Source of the DNA: the human T2T-CHM13v2.0 reference genome, Homo sapiens
DNA: 64,000 nt
Assembly (NCBI RefSeq): GCF_009914755.1
Contig: NC_060927.1
Reading direction: 5' to 3' (one strand)
A program made the position numbers and the translations under genes. Under the pieces are notes generated by a model. It saw only the letters and a list, made by a program, of their open reading frames with translations, did no database searches and had not been told where the DNA came from. Positions 26,061-40,529 of this stretch are shown here, one piece after another; positions within the stretch are counted from its first letter, which is position 1; every line of letters begins with the position of its first letter.

Positions 26061-27948
26061 TCTACTTTAGGGCAGACATCATGCAAGACCTTTTACATCT
26101 AACTTTTAGTCTCACAGTGCAATAAGTAATATTGTCATGTTGCAGATGAAGAAATGAGCATCTGAGTGCAAGGTCACACATTGAGAAGGAGTGGAGGCAA
26201 ATCTGTGTTCACCCGGGCATGATGCTGGAAAGAAGAAGCCTTATACTCTGTCACTGCCACTAGAGCCTTCACCTTTCCCTTTCTTGAACTGGATTTGCTG
26301 TATTGTCACTGTTTCTTTGTTTGTTTGTTTGTTTGGGCTTTAAAATCAAGGCCACAGAACTAGTTTCTGTTTATTTTCTTATTGCTTTATGTGTGGTAGC
26401 CCTGTCTCTCCCATTAGATTTATGAGTTCACTGAGGGCAAGCACCAGACCATAGTGTAGAGGAAAGAAAATATACTTTGCAACCTGACAGACCTGGGTCA
26501 TAGTTTAAAAATTATAATGTCCATGAAGTGTCTAGAGGAGTGACAGGTACAGATGATCCAAGTGTTGAATGGATGTGACTTTTATTATTTCTGTATATTC
26601 CTTCCAACCAAGTGCACTGCAGAGAGTAAGATTAAATATTTATGTAACTTAATTGTTAGGATACCATGTGTGGTAATAAATTCTTCCTCAGTTAATTGTT
26701 CCCATCATTATTGTTAATATAGTTTAGGAGTCAATTCACTCTCCATATCAAAACTTGCCTTAACCTGGGACTGAGAAGAGAATATAAAATAAGATACTGT
26801 GCCTTTCCTTAAACCTGTGCAAATGCCATATTGGAAAACTAGACCCTTGAAAATCACCAACTACTGGAGGACAACTTCTGTGATTTTTCTAAGCTGCCTT
26901 TTCCATGTACCTAATCTAGCACCAGATACATGGTATTTACACAATACTTACTAAAAATAAATAAATAAATTTGTTGTTAATGAAGAGGAGATTTCTTGGC
27001 TCCCAAAGACATTAGAAGCTTTTTTTCTGAACTACAAAATGTCATGTGCTAGCATGGCATGCTAACTTCTTAACTATTGCTCTAAACTCTATTGGTAAGA
27101 TAGATAGTTAGATACAGTTTATACACTTGCACAGTAGGGTATATCTCACCATTTTTTCCAAAAATGTCATGGGGATAATATGATTTTATAGGTTATGTTT
27201 GACACCAAAAGAAGCTAAAAATGTTTCCTAGACTGAAGCTGAGGCTTAATAAATATTTTTACCATCATGACTCATCAAGCTTAATATCTTGGAATACTGT
27301 GTGAGAAATCTTATCTAAACAGTTTAATCATGCCCAAGTGTGTGGTAGTTTGATAAGATCAAGTAATGTAGATATTTAGAAACTTCTAAATTATCTGTAT
27401 TCCTCTCCTTTCAACCTTTACTAGTAGAGTGGAACCATGTGATCCAAGGGTGTGGTTATTTTCTATTATTTAAGCATTGTAAGGACATAATATTTTAAAG
27501 CCACTTGATTCTATGTTATCCTGTTGTTATTTTCTGGCAGATTTTTTACTCGTAATAGCTAATTCTTTTGACATAGTAACAATAGCCCCTGCATTTTTTG
27601 CATCAGGTGTAGGGCTCTGAAATAGTAATACTCCCTCCTTCTTCCCATATTCCTGCCAAACTCGTCTCTTCAACATTCTTAAATGTGTCGGTCATACTAC
27701 CTTCACCTGAAATGTCACCCTCCCCATGCATCCTGCTGTAGAAACTCCTCTCCTGTCAAGGTTCAGTTCCAATACTAACCCTTCAAAAAAGGTACACGTA
27801 GCAGGTACTTAATAGAGGCTTGAGTTGAGTGTAATAACAGCTGGCAATTTTCTTCCCAACTTTATCCTTCATGTATTATTTGAAATGCAATAAGTTGGGT
27901 CCATTTAAGGTCTCTTTCTAGAATTTGGGTGCACACTGAAAGTATATT

Positions 27949-28120
27949 CCAGGCATCACAAACACAAATGTTTATAGGGACAAGGCAGTTAAAATAAATT
28001 AGTATAGTGAGCCTGGTTGTCTGAATATAATATAGGGGTGGTGGGGGCTATGATAAAACTAAAGTACAAAAAGCTGTGTACAGAAGCGGCTTCTGCTAGT
28101 TCTAGCTGATTTTTGCCACT
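27949..28120 (+). mobile_element. MER103C-like fragment (5' half)
   Basis: caggcatcacaaacacaaatgtttatagggacaaggcag...ctagctgatttttgcca. Confidence 0.55.
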
Positions 28121-29162
28121 TTGTTCTGTCATTTTCTCAATGTGTACAAAAGTGCCCATCTCTCAATGAGAATTTGTTGAATGAGTCACTGAATGAATGA
28201 CTTAATGCTAAATGAGAAACCATTGCTACGAAACCTCCTAATTTTCCAATACATAAGAGGAATATGAAATTTTTATTGGAAACACTCTCAATTTTTAATT
28301 TTGATAGTCCCCTAAAACAAAAGGTCTTTTTTGACCAAATAGATTCACACGCTAAGCTTAGCCTGAGAGCCAGCAGGAATGCTACCTATCCTACATTCAT
28401 TTTTAAGAGGTAATTCATTTCTAATAACTTTGTAAAGGTGTAATAATTTAAATTTGACTTCCAGCTTCCCTCCAGCTGGAGTCATGAAAAATAGTAAAAT
28501 AATAATAGAAAAGATAATATGTGGGATAGATAAGAATTAAATTTTAACGTTTTCTGAAATATTTTCATTTGGATCCTTACTTGATCCTTACAACGGCTCA
28601 GTTGAATGGAAAGAAAGTAGCTTTCGCCTCCATTTTACTGCCTTTGAATATATCCAGTCTCTTTACTGCTGTTCTGATTGAATGGCGATTATTTACTGAC
28701 CCATTTTAAAAGCAGCCCCAAAGTCCATGTAGTTCTCATCTTTGTACATTTAGTCCAAGTGACTGACCTTAGACAACCCATAGTGAGGGTGCTTTTACCT
28801 TCTCAGTTGGTAGCTTGTAACTTGTCCATTTCGGGACAAGCTATTTCAGTGGGCTTCATAAAGGAGACACCTGCCTGGACATTCAGGAAGGCTGGGTTCT
28901 TTAGATATGGTGCTGCATAAAGCAACCCGAAAAGAACATCATAAAGCCTGTCCTGATTATCAATCACCCTCCTCACTGCTTCATCTGGAAAATGTGTCTG
29001 CCTGCCAAATACAGCAGGCCCAGGAAATCAAAATAGAAATGGGAAACAAAGGAAATTAGAGAGAGAAATTTCTCATCAGAATGCATCCTTGTCCTGTGGA
29101 GAGCAGAACGTTGCATCTGTTTGGGTCATTACCTGGACATTATAGGTAACAAGCTTCAATTA

Positions 29163-29182
29163 AAACATGTCCAAACATGTAT
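29163..29182. promoter_or_regulatory. p53/p63/p73 response element motif
   Basis: AAACATGTCC AAACATGTAT: two RRRCWWGYYY half-sites, zero spacer, 19/20 match, both with CATG cores. Confidence 0.55.
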
Positions 29183-29478
29183 GGTTAGCCTGTTGTCAAA
29201 TCTGGAGATAAGAGCCCTAACACAAGCAGATAAGTAGCGTATAAAAGCCTTGTCTTGCCACTCCTTACCAAACCCTCATTTGGTTTCAGAAATATCAGTC
29301 GGCTAGGGAAAGTTTTTATCCTCTACATTCAAGACTTAGAAGTGTTGAGGCCCAAACGATCAATTTTTTGGCTCATAATTTAAAGAGGTAAAAATCTCGT
29401 TTTGTATGGCATAGATGAATAAATGTGATTCAACTCACCACCTGTTGCTATATCTATCTCCCCCCACCCCCGGTTTAC

Positions 29479-29480
<2 letters not shown>

Positions 29481-29525
<45 letters not shown>
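29481..29525. repeat. (CA)22 microsatellite
   Basis: Direct reading. Confidence 0.97.
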
Positions 29526-29527
<2 letters not shown>

Positions 29528-30217
29528 ATTCATTCATTCTACAGTATCTAGGAAAAACATATGAAGTGGAGCTGAAAAAATTTACAATCACAATCTATGT
29601 TTATTTTTAGGAAAAGCTCAGAATTTTTCAAAGTTCACTAAAGGTGAATTTATTAGTCAAAGTACGTACGACATTTGGGTTAAGATGGGGTTGTTAGATT
29701 TTTTTGAGGGCGTTGACTTTTTCAAAATTGTACTGGTTAGACTTTAGCTATGCTGCTGAGGGGGATACCCCAGCCAGTGAAACAGTATAGCTTTATCTTT
29801 AAGCCTAGGGCTGGGAATTAAGTCCTTATCATTGTATATGTGAAGGGAAATTTGTATTTAATAATGTTTTTTAAAGTATGCAAAGTTAAAGTAATTAATG
29901 TGCCTTATAAAATAAGATACCTAAATGTAAGTAAAAGAGGTTGCAGTGGGTCCTAAGTATAATTTTTCACCCTCTGATCTAACACATTTGTCACTGAAAG
30001 TTCATGTGTAATTTTCAAATGAACAATATCTTTACATTTACTACTGATAAGACGACGTTGTTCATTGAATCCAAACTTCTCTTGTAACCATTAGGATCTG
30101 TAAGAGCCTGTCTGTTGCTAGTTTGCAGAATGCAGCTGCAGACCACACTAGGAAAGAGACTGAACTTCAGGGCAGGGAGCAGATAGCACTATCCTGAGAT
30201 CAAATCACTGTATAGAA

Positions 30218-30516
<299 letters not shown>

Positions 30517-31549
30517 CATCACTGTATAGTAGATCGCCCTCACCCCATGCCTCCAAACCTTGGTCCAGTTTCCAAAACAAAATTTGTTCCTTGCCTGACA
30601 GCTCTAAGTCCTCGAGAATCTAAATGGGCTGGGTGTAATATAATGAAAGAAAGGAATAAAGGCATTCATCCCTTTATTCACTCCACAGAGTTTTAAGGAC
30701 CTATGATATATCAGGCAATATGGTATGCAGGAGACACAAATCACAAACAGATGAACTTTTTGGGAGATGATGGCCAGGAGAGAAAATGGCAAAGGTGTAG
30801 CAGGTGACGCAGACAACAAGAATAAAAGCAAAGGGACAGAATTGTTCATTGGGAGAGTTACACTCATTAATGACGGAAGAATGAGTAGAGTATAAAGGGG
30901 AGGGAAATGAGAGAAGAGGATGAAAAGTGGGGTCTAAAATTTGATTTTTATACTGAAAGTTAAGAGCATGTAGATCATTCTTCAGTTAATGGCAGAAACT
31001 ACTTGCTAGCAATTGTGTACTGCACTGTCTGCCATTCAGTTCCTGCCAAATACTCACAGTGACAATAAAAAAAATTGTCACAGGGATATAAACTTTTTTC
31101 TGTGAAAGATCCTCATGTGATTCTTACTCATCATACCCCTTTCCTGAGAAGAGAAAAAATAGTGTAATGAATGTATCAATTATCTATTTATTAAATTTCA
31201 TCTCTCTAGTAAGCCAGGTTACCCGGAAGTCCTAAAGCATCATTACACACTTTAATTCCTCATGCAGATACTATGATGCCCTTGCCTTTCTCCAAGGCTA
31301 ATGTACGAAATACATGGAAAATGAGATTAATAATTATAGTATTAATAGCAATAATAAGTAACATACCTATTATTTTATCTGACAATAATAGACTTTTTAT
31401 GTATGCACTACTCTGTTAATAAGTGTATTGTCCATAACATTGTCCAAAATGATTTGTATAAACGTTTTCACACATAGTCCTTAGTTCCCTGTGTTCTTCT
31501 ATTAGCCATAAGAAAGCTACATAACCACGATGTTTCTCTCTTTATTGTG

Positions 31550-31770
31550 GATGATGAGAAGCCCAGAGCTGAGTTCTGATTCACATGGTGGCCACAAAGT
31601 TTTTTCTACATTAAACTCTCTGAACTTCAGTTTTCTTGTTTGGAAAATGAACCTTATAATGATAATATTAATAGCAATAATAAGTAAGTCACCCATTATG
31701 TTATATGAAGATAATATACTTTTTAAAAAACTTTAATATAAACAGTGTAGTGTGTGATTATATATGTCTG
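31550..31770 (+). mobile_element. MIR SINE
   Basis: gagctgagttctgattc...aaactctctgaacttcagttttcttgtttggaaaatga. Confidence 0.6.
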
Positions 31771-32496
31771 TTTAAGTAAACTATAATCTATTCCTTAGCA
31801 TTGAAGGACTCAAATCAGGACACTACCTTTCAGGGTGGCTACATGAGCTATTCAAATACTATTAGTGAAATTACACCAGAAAGCTTGCCAATTAGCTCAA
31901 AAGATATTAGAAATCTATATGGTAAAATGACAAGTGTTTAAAATTTGTCAATGGCTAGAAAGGTTGTATTGATTTCACTGCTCTTTCTTAAATGAGGCAC
32001 TAGAATATAAAATCTCAACAGGTTCATACTTTCAGAAAAGTGTTCACAGTCTGGATGCCTATTTGGTACCATGTGTCTCATTTCATGGCCTGCAGCTCAA
32101 ACACTGGCTGGCTTCACCTTGTTTCATCTGCCTTGGATATAACAGAAAAGGAATTTCCATTCATAGTTGTTATTCTTCAAGAGTTCTGAGGACAGAAGGT
32201 GTGTGTTCCCTTGAATATACAAGGAGACAATTTATGAGAATATTTGTGTCTGCTTACTAATCAACCTTTATAAAAATGAGAGTTTGCTCTAAGACTTGCT
32301 TTCACTTTAACATAATACTTGGCAGCCTGGAGAAGTATAGAACTCCACATGCTTCTGATTACTAAAGGCTAAAGATATTTACAAAACAACTAGACAGTTG
32401 AGGGTAATGTCATCTCAGAAGATTAAATAAAATAGCCAAAACCTTTCCATAAATATTTGACATCCTGATTGCATTTGCAAACCCATCTCCGAAAGG

Positions 32497-32580
32497 TAGG
32501 ATATTGAAATTTTTTCTTTCATGTTTCTTTTCTTTTAATAGGATATTGAAAATTTTTCCTTCATGTTTCTTTTCTTTTAA
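32497..32580. repeat. 42-bp tandem duplication (2 copies, 2 mismatches)
   Basis: taggatattgaaa(t/a)tttttc(t/c)ttcatgtttcttttcttttaa at 32497-32538 and 32539-32580. Confidence 0.95.
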
Positions 32581-34015
32581 GACTGCTTCAGAAAAAAATC
32601 AGTTTGAATACTCTTGTAAGTCTGGCCCTGTCTTGAGGGATTTATGGATTTTTTCAGTCTGTTTATAACCTCCTGTAAAGCTTCTGAAACCTTTTGGATT
32701 AATCATCAATAAACATTTACTAAGCACTTCCCAGAGTTCAAGGTACTCGACTAGTCACGTGGGCTTAAGAGTGTTCAAGGTAGACTCAGTCACTGCCTCA
32801 GGAGTCAGCAAAATGATTCTGTTCTTTATCCAGTAATGAGATTATTTTATATGATCGCAACAAGGACATTCAATCCAACAAATGATTGAGTATGTCCCAG
32901 ATATAAGACTCAGTGCTCTCCAAGGGAGTGAAAGAGATTGCATAAAGGGCATCCGAATTAAAAGAGCCATGGAGAATGTTTACCAAGCGAGTAACCCAAG
33001 GATCTACTAGGGTCACTCTGTCCTTTGGCCAGTGACAAATTAGGCTTAACCACTAATCCATGATTTCTGGACAATCCAACACCCTCCCCAAAGTTGCTGT
33101 GAAATCTTGAGTGTCATTGATTCCACCTCAGCCTCTTCTAACCTACTGCCAGTAAACTAAAAATGATCAGTTATAGATCATCTCTCTATAGTGCCTTTTG
33201 GTTCTTGTTCCTTCTATGTCCATTTAGCCTCACTCCTTGATTTTTGTGTGAAAACACAAGGATATTTGGCACTTATTAGACTTTCCTGAGTGGTCATTTG
33301 GTCAGTAACATTACAGTGTGTAGGAAGGGGAGAAATGTAAAACCAAAGAAAAAGTAACCAAGAAGTTAAAACCTTCACATGCCATTCATTCCTTCGTAGA
33401 AGTCTCCAGATCCTAACCTGTTTTCTTGTCTTGAGCCTCACTTGGAAAATATCTTCTAATCTTTGACATCTAAATCTCCAATCATCTTTCAGAAAAAACT
33501 CCTCCCATTTAATCTTTCCTTCGGGATCCATTCCTCTTTTTCCCAACAGTGTAAGTCTGGAGTCTAAGAAATTCAGTATTAATTAACGCCTGGGTTACCA
33601 GCCAGTCAATCTTTGGAGGTATTTTGTTCTTTAAATCAGATACAATTTTGGCTTTTGTTGGGAAGGGGGTAGACAGTATGATGACAAGGAGGTTGAGGAT
33701 GAGAAAGAGGCTTTGACAATCCGAGTTACGCAAATAGTACAAGGTAGGTCAGAGCTCCTTGTCTAGTTTCCTTGAAGGTCTTCTCTCCATAAGAGCTGAA
33801 GATCTTAGTTATTCCTCTGACTGTAAGAGCAAACTCGCACACTTCCCAAAGACAAGCAGTAAGTTTTTGGAGGCAGATTGTCGGAAGTCCCATAAGATAA
33901 AACCTTTGCCTAGCTCCCTTCTTAATTAGCAAGATTATCTTTCTCACAATGGAGTATTTCTTATCATACAAAACAAGATGTGCTTTTTCTTTATCTCTCC
34001 CCCACCACACCCCAC

Positions 34016-34018
<3 letters not shown>

Positions 34019-34058
<40 letters not shown>
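34019..34058. repeat. (AC)20 microsatellite
   Basis: Direct reading. Confidence 0.97.
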
Positions 34059-34062
<4 letters not shown>

Positions 34063-36993
34063 TTTTTACTTGAGCCTTTTTAAGATTTAGAAGCAGACCT
34101 GAATAAGTTATTCTAATACCTGGACAAAGCTTTAAAGCCACTGCTAATAAGATTTTAGACTGTTAATAAGTTCATAGGCAAGGTCTTCCTCCTCCTCAGC
34201 TTTAATCTTGAAGGTGAAGGAAAAAGACAAATTATATTTTATTGTACCCACAAAACGAAAAGAAACAGTTGCGATTAAAGGACAGAAATAGGAGAATTAC
34301 TGACTTAAGTAAACATTAAGAAAAGAATCAAAAGGATCATTTTAGAAAATGGCAGATGGGAAAGCCAGTTTGCAAAACATTAAGGAGTGACTGGCTGCCG
34401 GGGAATTGGTGAGGTTAAAAACCAACAGCGCTTTTGTGAGATCTTAGGGTGAAACCGAGAGAGAAATGGAAAAGCAGCATGACCCATCTTATTTGGTTAT
34501 CAATTCAACACTTTCATGTACATGAAGCAATTTATTTAGCCAAAACATTAAATAAATCATCTGGGGGAGCTTTATAATTTAAATTATATCTGCATTTAAC
34601 ACATTACGGATGAAAAAAAGTCTGTGTTTCTTTCCAAATCTGAATGAGATATACTGTCCCCTTCCAGACTTTATACTGAAGGACTAAGAAACCAGTCTCA
34701 TGGTGGGTGCCCAAAATGACATTACATGAAGAGGCTGAAGCATGTGAAGTAGTGAGAGAAACTTGATTCTTCTTGGTATTTCTACATAGCCCCCCAAAAG
34801 CCTGCAACTTCAAGATAAATGACTTGAAGCTGGATAGTGTGGACCCTGGCAATTCTGAGGAAACTCTCGTATGCCACCAGGAAAGTAAGGACTGGATCAA
34901 TTTCTCATACACAGTTAAATGCGACCTGACCAGTGGAGACACAAGTGGGTGCCCAGGTAAAAGCAGAGGCGAAGGTCTAATTCCATATTCCCAGATATCC
35001 AGCAAATTTTTGGAAGCATATGCAAGAAAGATTAAGGCTGTGCCTTTCTACTGTATTCCTGGAGGAGCTGGCACCCTGTCTGATATTTATGCTTCCTTTT
35101 CAGAAACAATTGTAGGTACTTCTGACATAGAAAAAAACCCCGCAATTTAGTGTTCTGCCAAAGTTCTGAGATTATTAAAACCATTTTCCTAATGTCTTTA
35201 TTATAATACCTATCATTCTGATCATCCCACGTGTAACACTATTGTTTCTTAAGATTTCTAATGCATCTTAATCAGACATTTGGTATCCTAAATTAACCAT
35301 TATTGAGGCAATTTCATGGAGGTTGTATTTCTCAGAATCTTTATTTTAAATAGTTTATTAGGTAAATGTCTGAAAATACTGAGCAAACTGATAAGGTAAA
35401 AAACATTTGTTTTTATTTTTTGACAAATGAAATTGTAAGTAGTTAGCTAGAACATACGATAGAATTGTTTTTGGTTACATCCTAATGATAGGCAGAGGAC
35501 ATAAAGGTGTAACATGTTTCAAGGTAAACAGTTAAATATGCTCGAAAGGGAGCAGTAGTTGTCTAGAGAATATGTGGCTTAAAGCAAATATTTTTCTAAC
35601 CCTCGAGAGATGTTAATGATTCCTATTAATAACACAGATAAATCTTTGAAATAACAAGCTTTTTTATTCACTCTAGTTTTTAGTAAATGGGTTTGAAGTG
35701 CTAACAGTTTTGACTTTTAAAAGAATATTTGGTTATTTCCAGATCTTCTGTGTAACAGAATTTACATATTTACAGTAGTTGAAATATGACCTAATAGAAT
35801 ACCAGGGAATACAGGATCCAGTGCTGGAATCGTCACTGTGGTCATTTGATACTTAGTTTAACTAAAATAAAAATTGAATTTTATATACTGCTATGTACGT
35901 GAGACAAAATTTACCGATCAAGAACTATCTTGACTAAGTAATTCCTTATTATTTTAAGCTAGTACTTTTAGGAAAAGCCATTTTTAAGATTCAGACCCAG
36001 ATCAAATCTGGTGAAATAATAAAATGGGAACTATTATTACTGTAGCATTGAAAATTGAGATTCAATAAGTAAAAAGTGACTACTATTTGCAGGCCGCTGT
36101 TATTAAATTTTAAAATTCTACCTCTCGCTTCTTCTTTCTGCCTGAACATGGCTTAATTTATCTTCTAATATGTTTAAAGCCATGCATGCTTGTGGAGGGC
36201 TTTGATCTTTGCTTCCTCTGGAAATAATTTTGAAATTGCAAGATTGGAACAGTCCTCAATTTCTGAACATCTGCAGCAGGATACAATAGATATAGGTTAC
36301 AAAAGATGTTTGTAAGTTCCAAAAATACATATCTGATATATTGGTGGAATGTTCACATTAATATTAAGAACAGGAAAATAAAAGGCACATAGCAATACAT
36401 ACTATTGGGTGTTTGTTACCCCCACTTTCAGATACTGTAGGAAATAACTACATTTGAATAAATACTTCAGCCTGTTTCCATGACCCTATCCCTAAACTGA
36501 TACGCTTCAGTATTATTAAATTGGGACTTAGGTCATTGTTTTGTGAGGTCACAAAGCCATATAAGATATAGGAGAAAATTGACACTTACTGGGTGGGCAG
36601 AGCAACATTGTTTTGACAGTGAAAATTACCAATTTATAATTTTTTAAGAAAAGCATGCCTAGCACAGACCACCTGATTACCAAGAGGAAGCTGAAGAGGA
36701 GATTCTACTAGAGGTAAGGAAGAGATATTGTTTTCTTGACTCTGTTCATTAGGTTCAGGGTAAGCAACTCTATTTACCAAGAATAAGCTAGCTCTCTTTC
36801 ATTTGAAAATATGTCTGCCCAGGTAGGCCTGCAGACATAACAATGTTAAAAACAGGTAGCTTTATTGCAGCACTTATCAGTACCTTGACTATTCAAAGGT
36901 GTTAATATGCCAGGTTTCCCAAAGTAATTAATTTTTATCTTACAGAATATTTGTTCCATTTACATAGTTTGGGAAACACAGCCATAAATGTTA

Positions 36994-37344
36994 CAGATGC
37001 TCCTTGACTAATGATGGGGTTGCATTTCAATAATGCCATCATAAGTTGAAAATACCGTAAATGGAAAGTGCATTTAATACATCTAACCTACCAAACATAG
37101 CTTAGCCTAGCCTATCTTAAGCATGTTCAAAACACTTACATTAGTCTACAGAGGCAAAATCATCTAACAAAAAGCCTATATATATGATAAGGTGTTGAAT
37201 ATCTCATGTAATTTATTGACTACCGTGCTGAAAGTGAAAAACAGAATGGTTATAAGGACACTCACCATTAACATTCGCAGTTGAAACCACCATTGCAAAG
37301 TTGAAAAATCATAAGTGGAACCATCCTAAATTGAGGACTGTCTG
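36994..37344 (+). mobile_element. MER47A (TcMar-Tigger) DNA transposon
   Basis: cagatgctccttgact...gaggactgtctg terminal inverted repeats, TA target duplication on both sides, internal catagcttagcctagccta. Confidence 0.9.
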
Positions 37345-37519
37345 TATTTTCTTGGATATTTCCTGAAATATGTTTCTATGTGTTTCCATCTAATAGAAAA
37401 TGGAATATACCAGCAAGCAAAATGTCTAAATATTTATTTCAACCCCTGCGTGGTTTCCTAAGGCTGTTTAAACCTTAAATTCTAATATTAGGATTGGATA
37501 TGACATAATTTTATAGTAA

Positions 37520-37720
37520 AGATTGGTTTAGAAGTCACTAATCTAGGTTTTAATCTAGACTCTACCTAATTAACTAGCCATATGACCTTGGAAAACTAAT
37601 GTCAACCTTCTGAACCTTAGTTTTTCATCTTTTATATGAGAGCACTAAAATCTACTTTGGCAAACTTGCTGGATTGTTGGAAATCTCAAATAAGGTCATG
37701 GTACTGAAACAATTTTAAAA
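37520..37720 (+). mobile_element. MIR SINE
   Basis: tttagaagtcac...actagccatatgaccttgga...tctgaaccttagtttttcatct. Confidence 0.7.
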
Positions 37721-38529
37721 ACTCTCACATCAAGGGATTATTTTTATGCTCTACCAGAAATTATATGTGTCATTTAATGCCTGAGGATAAGAAAAGACTG
37801 TAAATATGCATAATGAATCAAGACAGCCATATTAATTTTGATATGTCTTTGTGGGAAAATACCTATAGTTCTATATTATTTTATCTGTTTTACATGTGGG
37901 AAAACATAAATCTGAAAAGGAAAATCATTACTTCTGGTCTTATTAGGTAGAAAGGGGCATTACTATCTATTCCAGCTCCTGATTTCTGGGAATAAACAAA
38001 AACAGACTTTATTTGCACATATGGTGCCTAAACTGTTCTAGAAATCATTTATCTGGTAACATTTGGCAAAGTGTCACTCTACTTGTTAACATCATTAGCA
38101 TAGAAGAAATTGATCACTCCAATTGCTCTGCTAATCCATTTGACTCGAAGTTAGAAATGACACTATTTTCTAGCAATTCTGTTTGTTATTCTATAAGCAT
38201 CATTCCAAACATTTGGAGGCTTCAAGTCCCCTAATATAATGTTTTAGATGAACTGTTAAAAACTTGGCATTGGGGTAAATAAATAGTTTAATAGCACGTT
38301 TGGTCTCAAAGGAATTTACCCGCATACTATATATATAGCAGTTATTTGAAATTTGGCATAGAAATTTAGTTCCCAATGTTTAAGGTCTCTTGGTAAGTCA
38401 ATTCAAGTTATCAGAAAAAAATGTTGGTTGCCACAATGTATGCAAATTATTTTCAATAATGTTGTTTTTACCCTCTCAAGCCTTCATTTTAGTTGTAATT
38501 TAGAATATAATTGAATTATTTTGTTATAA

Positions 38530-38865
<336 letters not shown>

Positions 38866-39224
38866 TTCTACTATTCTTAAGATTTAGTTCTTTATGCACA
38901 GCTGCATAATTCTAGGTGTTTTTACAAGATATTGAGTATATTGCTTTACTTATCAATCTTTATTTCCTCATTTTTGGCTCTTTGCAAAATGGGAAAAAAA
39001 AGGGAAAAGGTGGTGCTGAAGGTAAAAAAATTAAATTATCTGGTTTAATTAAGTTCAGGCAGTAAACTTAAAACTTCTTTAAATTTAAACTTAATTCTCT
39101 GGTTGTTTTATAATCATGGCTAAAGAATATAGAAGCCAAACATACTTTTAATACCCAGTTACAAAATATTTTGTAGTAAAATTAAAATCTATGTTGTACT
39201 AAAACTAAGTATATTGCACATCTT

Positions 39225-40190
39225 GCACAAGTGATGATAATTGACACATCTTTATCACTCAGAGTCCCTGGTGTACCTTAGGGTTCATTCTCGGTGTTGT
39301 ACGTTCTGTGGGTTTGGACAAATATATATTGACATATGTACACCATTGTAGTATCATACAGAATAGTTTCACCGTCCTAAAAATCTGTTGTATCTGCCTA
39401 TTTCTACCTTCCTCCTAATCCCTGGCAATCACTGACCTTTTTACTGTCTCCGTAGTTTGGGGATTTTTCCAGGAAGACATATAATTGGAATCACACGATA
39501 CATAGCTTTTTCTGATTGTCATATTTAACTTAGTGATATGCATTTAAGTTTCCTCCATGTCTTTTTATGGCTTGATAGCTTATTTTTTTTTTAGCACTGA
39601 ATAATATTCCCTTGTCTGGATGCATCACAGTTGATTTATCCATTCTTCTACTGAAGGACATCTTGCTTACTTCCAAGTTTTGGCAATTATGAATAAAGAT
39701 ACTATATCTCAGTGCAGGTTTTCGTGTGGACCTAGGTTTCCAACTCCTTTGGATAAATAAAAAGGGGAAAAATGCTGGATTGTATGGTAAGAGTATGTTT
39801 AGTTTGGTAAGAAACGCCAAAATGTCTCCTAAAGTGGTGGTACCATTTTGCATTCCCACCAGCAATAAAAGAGGGTTCCTGTTGTTTCACATCCTCAACA
39901 GCATGTGATGTTGTCAGTGTTCTGGATTTTGGCCATTCTAATAGATATGTAGAAATACCTTATTGTGGTTTTACTTAGCAATTCCCTAATCTTTTCATAT
40001 GCTTACTTACCATTTGAACATCTTCTTTAGTGAGGTGTCTATTTAAGTCTTTTGTTCATTTTAAAATCATGTTGCTCATTTTCTTACTGTTGAGCTTTGA
40101 AAGTTCTTTGTATATTTTAGATAACAGTTATTTATCAGATGTGTCATTTGCAAATATTTCTCTCAGTCTGTGGCTTATCTTGTTCTTCTC
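39225..40190 (-). mobile_element. L1MC-type L1 3' fragment
   Basis: ttagggttcattctcggtgttgtacgttctgtgggtttggacaaat...catacagaatagtttcac; ORF 39530-39865 is an ORF2 C-terminal remnant. Confidence 0.85.
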
Positions 40191-40529
40191 TTTACCAGAT
40201 GCTTTTCTTCTGTTGAAATATTAGCTGTACTTTTAGGGGGATTTGCTATATATTATTTATTTAACACCTTTAAAAACATTTGTAATATTAGACAAGCAAA
40301 ATTTTATTATAAGGCTTTAAACATAGAGTTCATCTGTGATTTTTTTTGCCAGATAAATTTATATACTAGCTTGAATATTTCTAGAACAGTTTCTAAATTT
40401 GTTTTAGATGTGTTCATTACCTAGAGTTAGGTTTTAGTAGATATCTTTTAACATATTCATTATTTATTTCATGCAGAACTTGAGTTAGATAAATTAATCT
40501 TTATTCTTAAAGTTTCATAGTTTGGGTAA

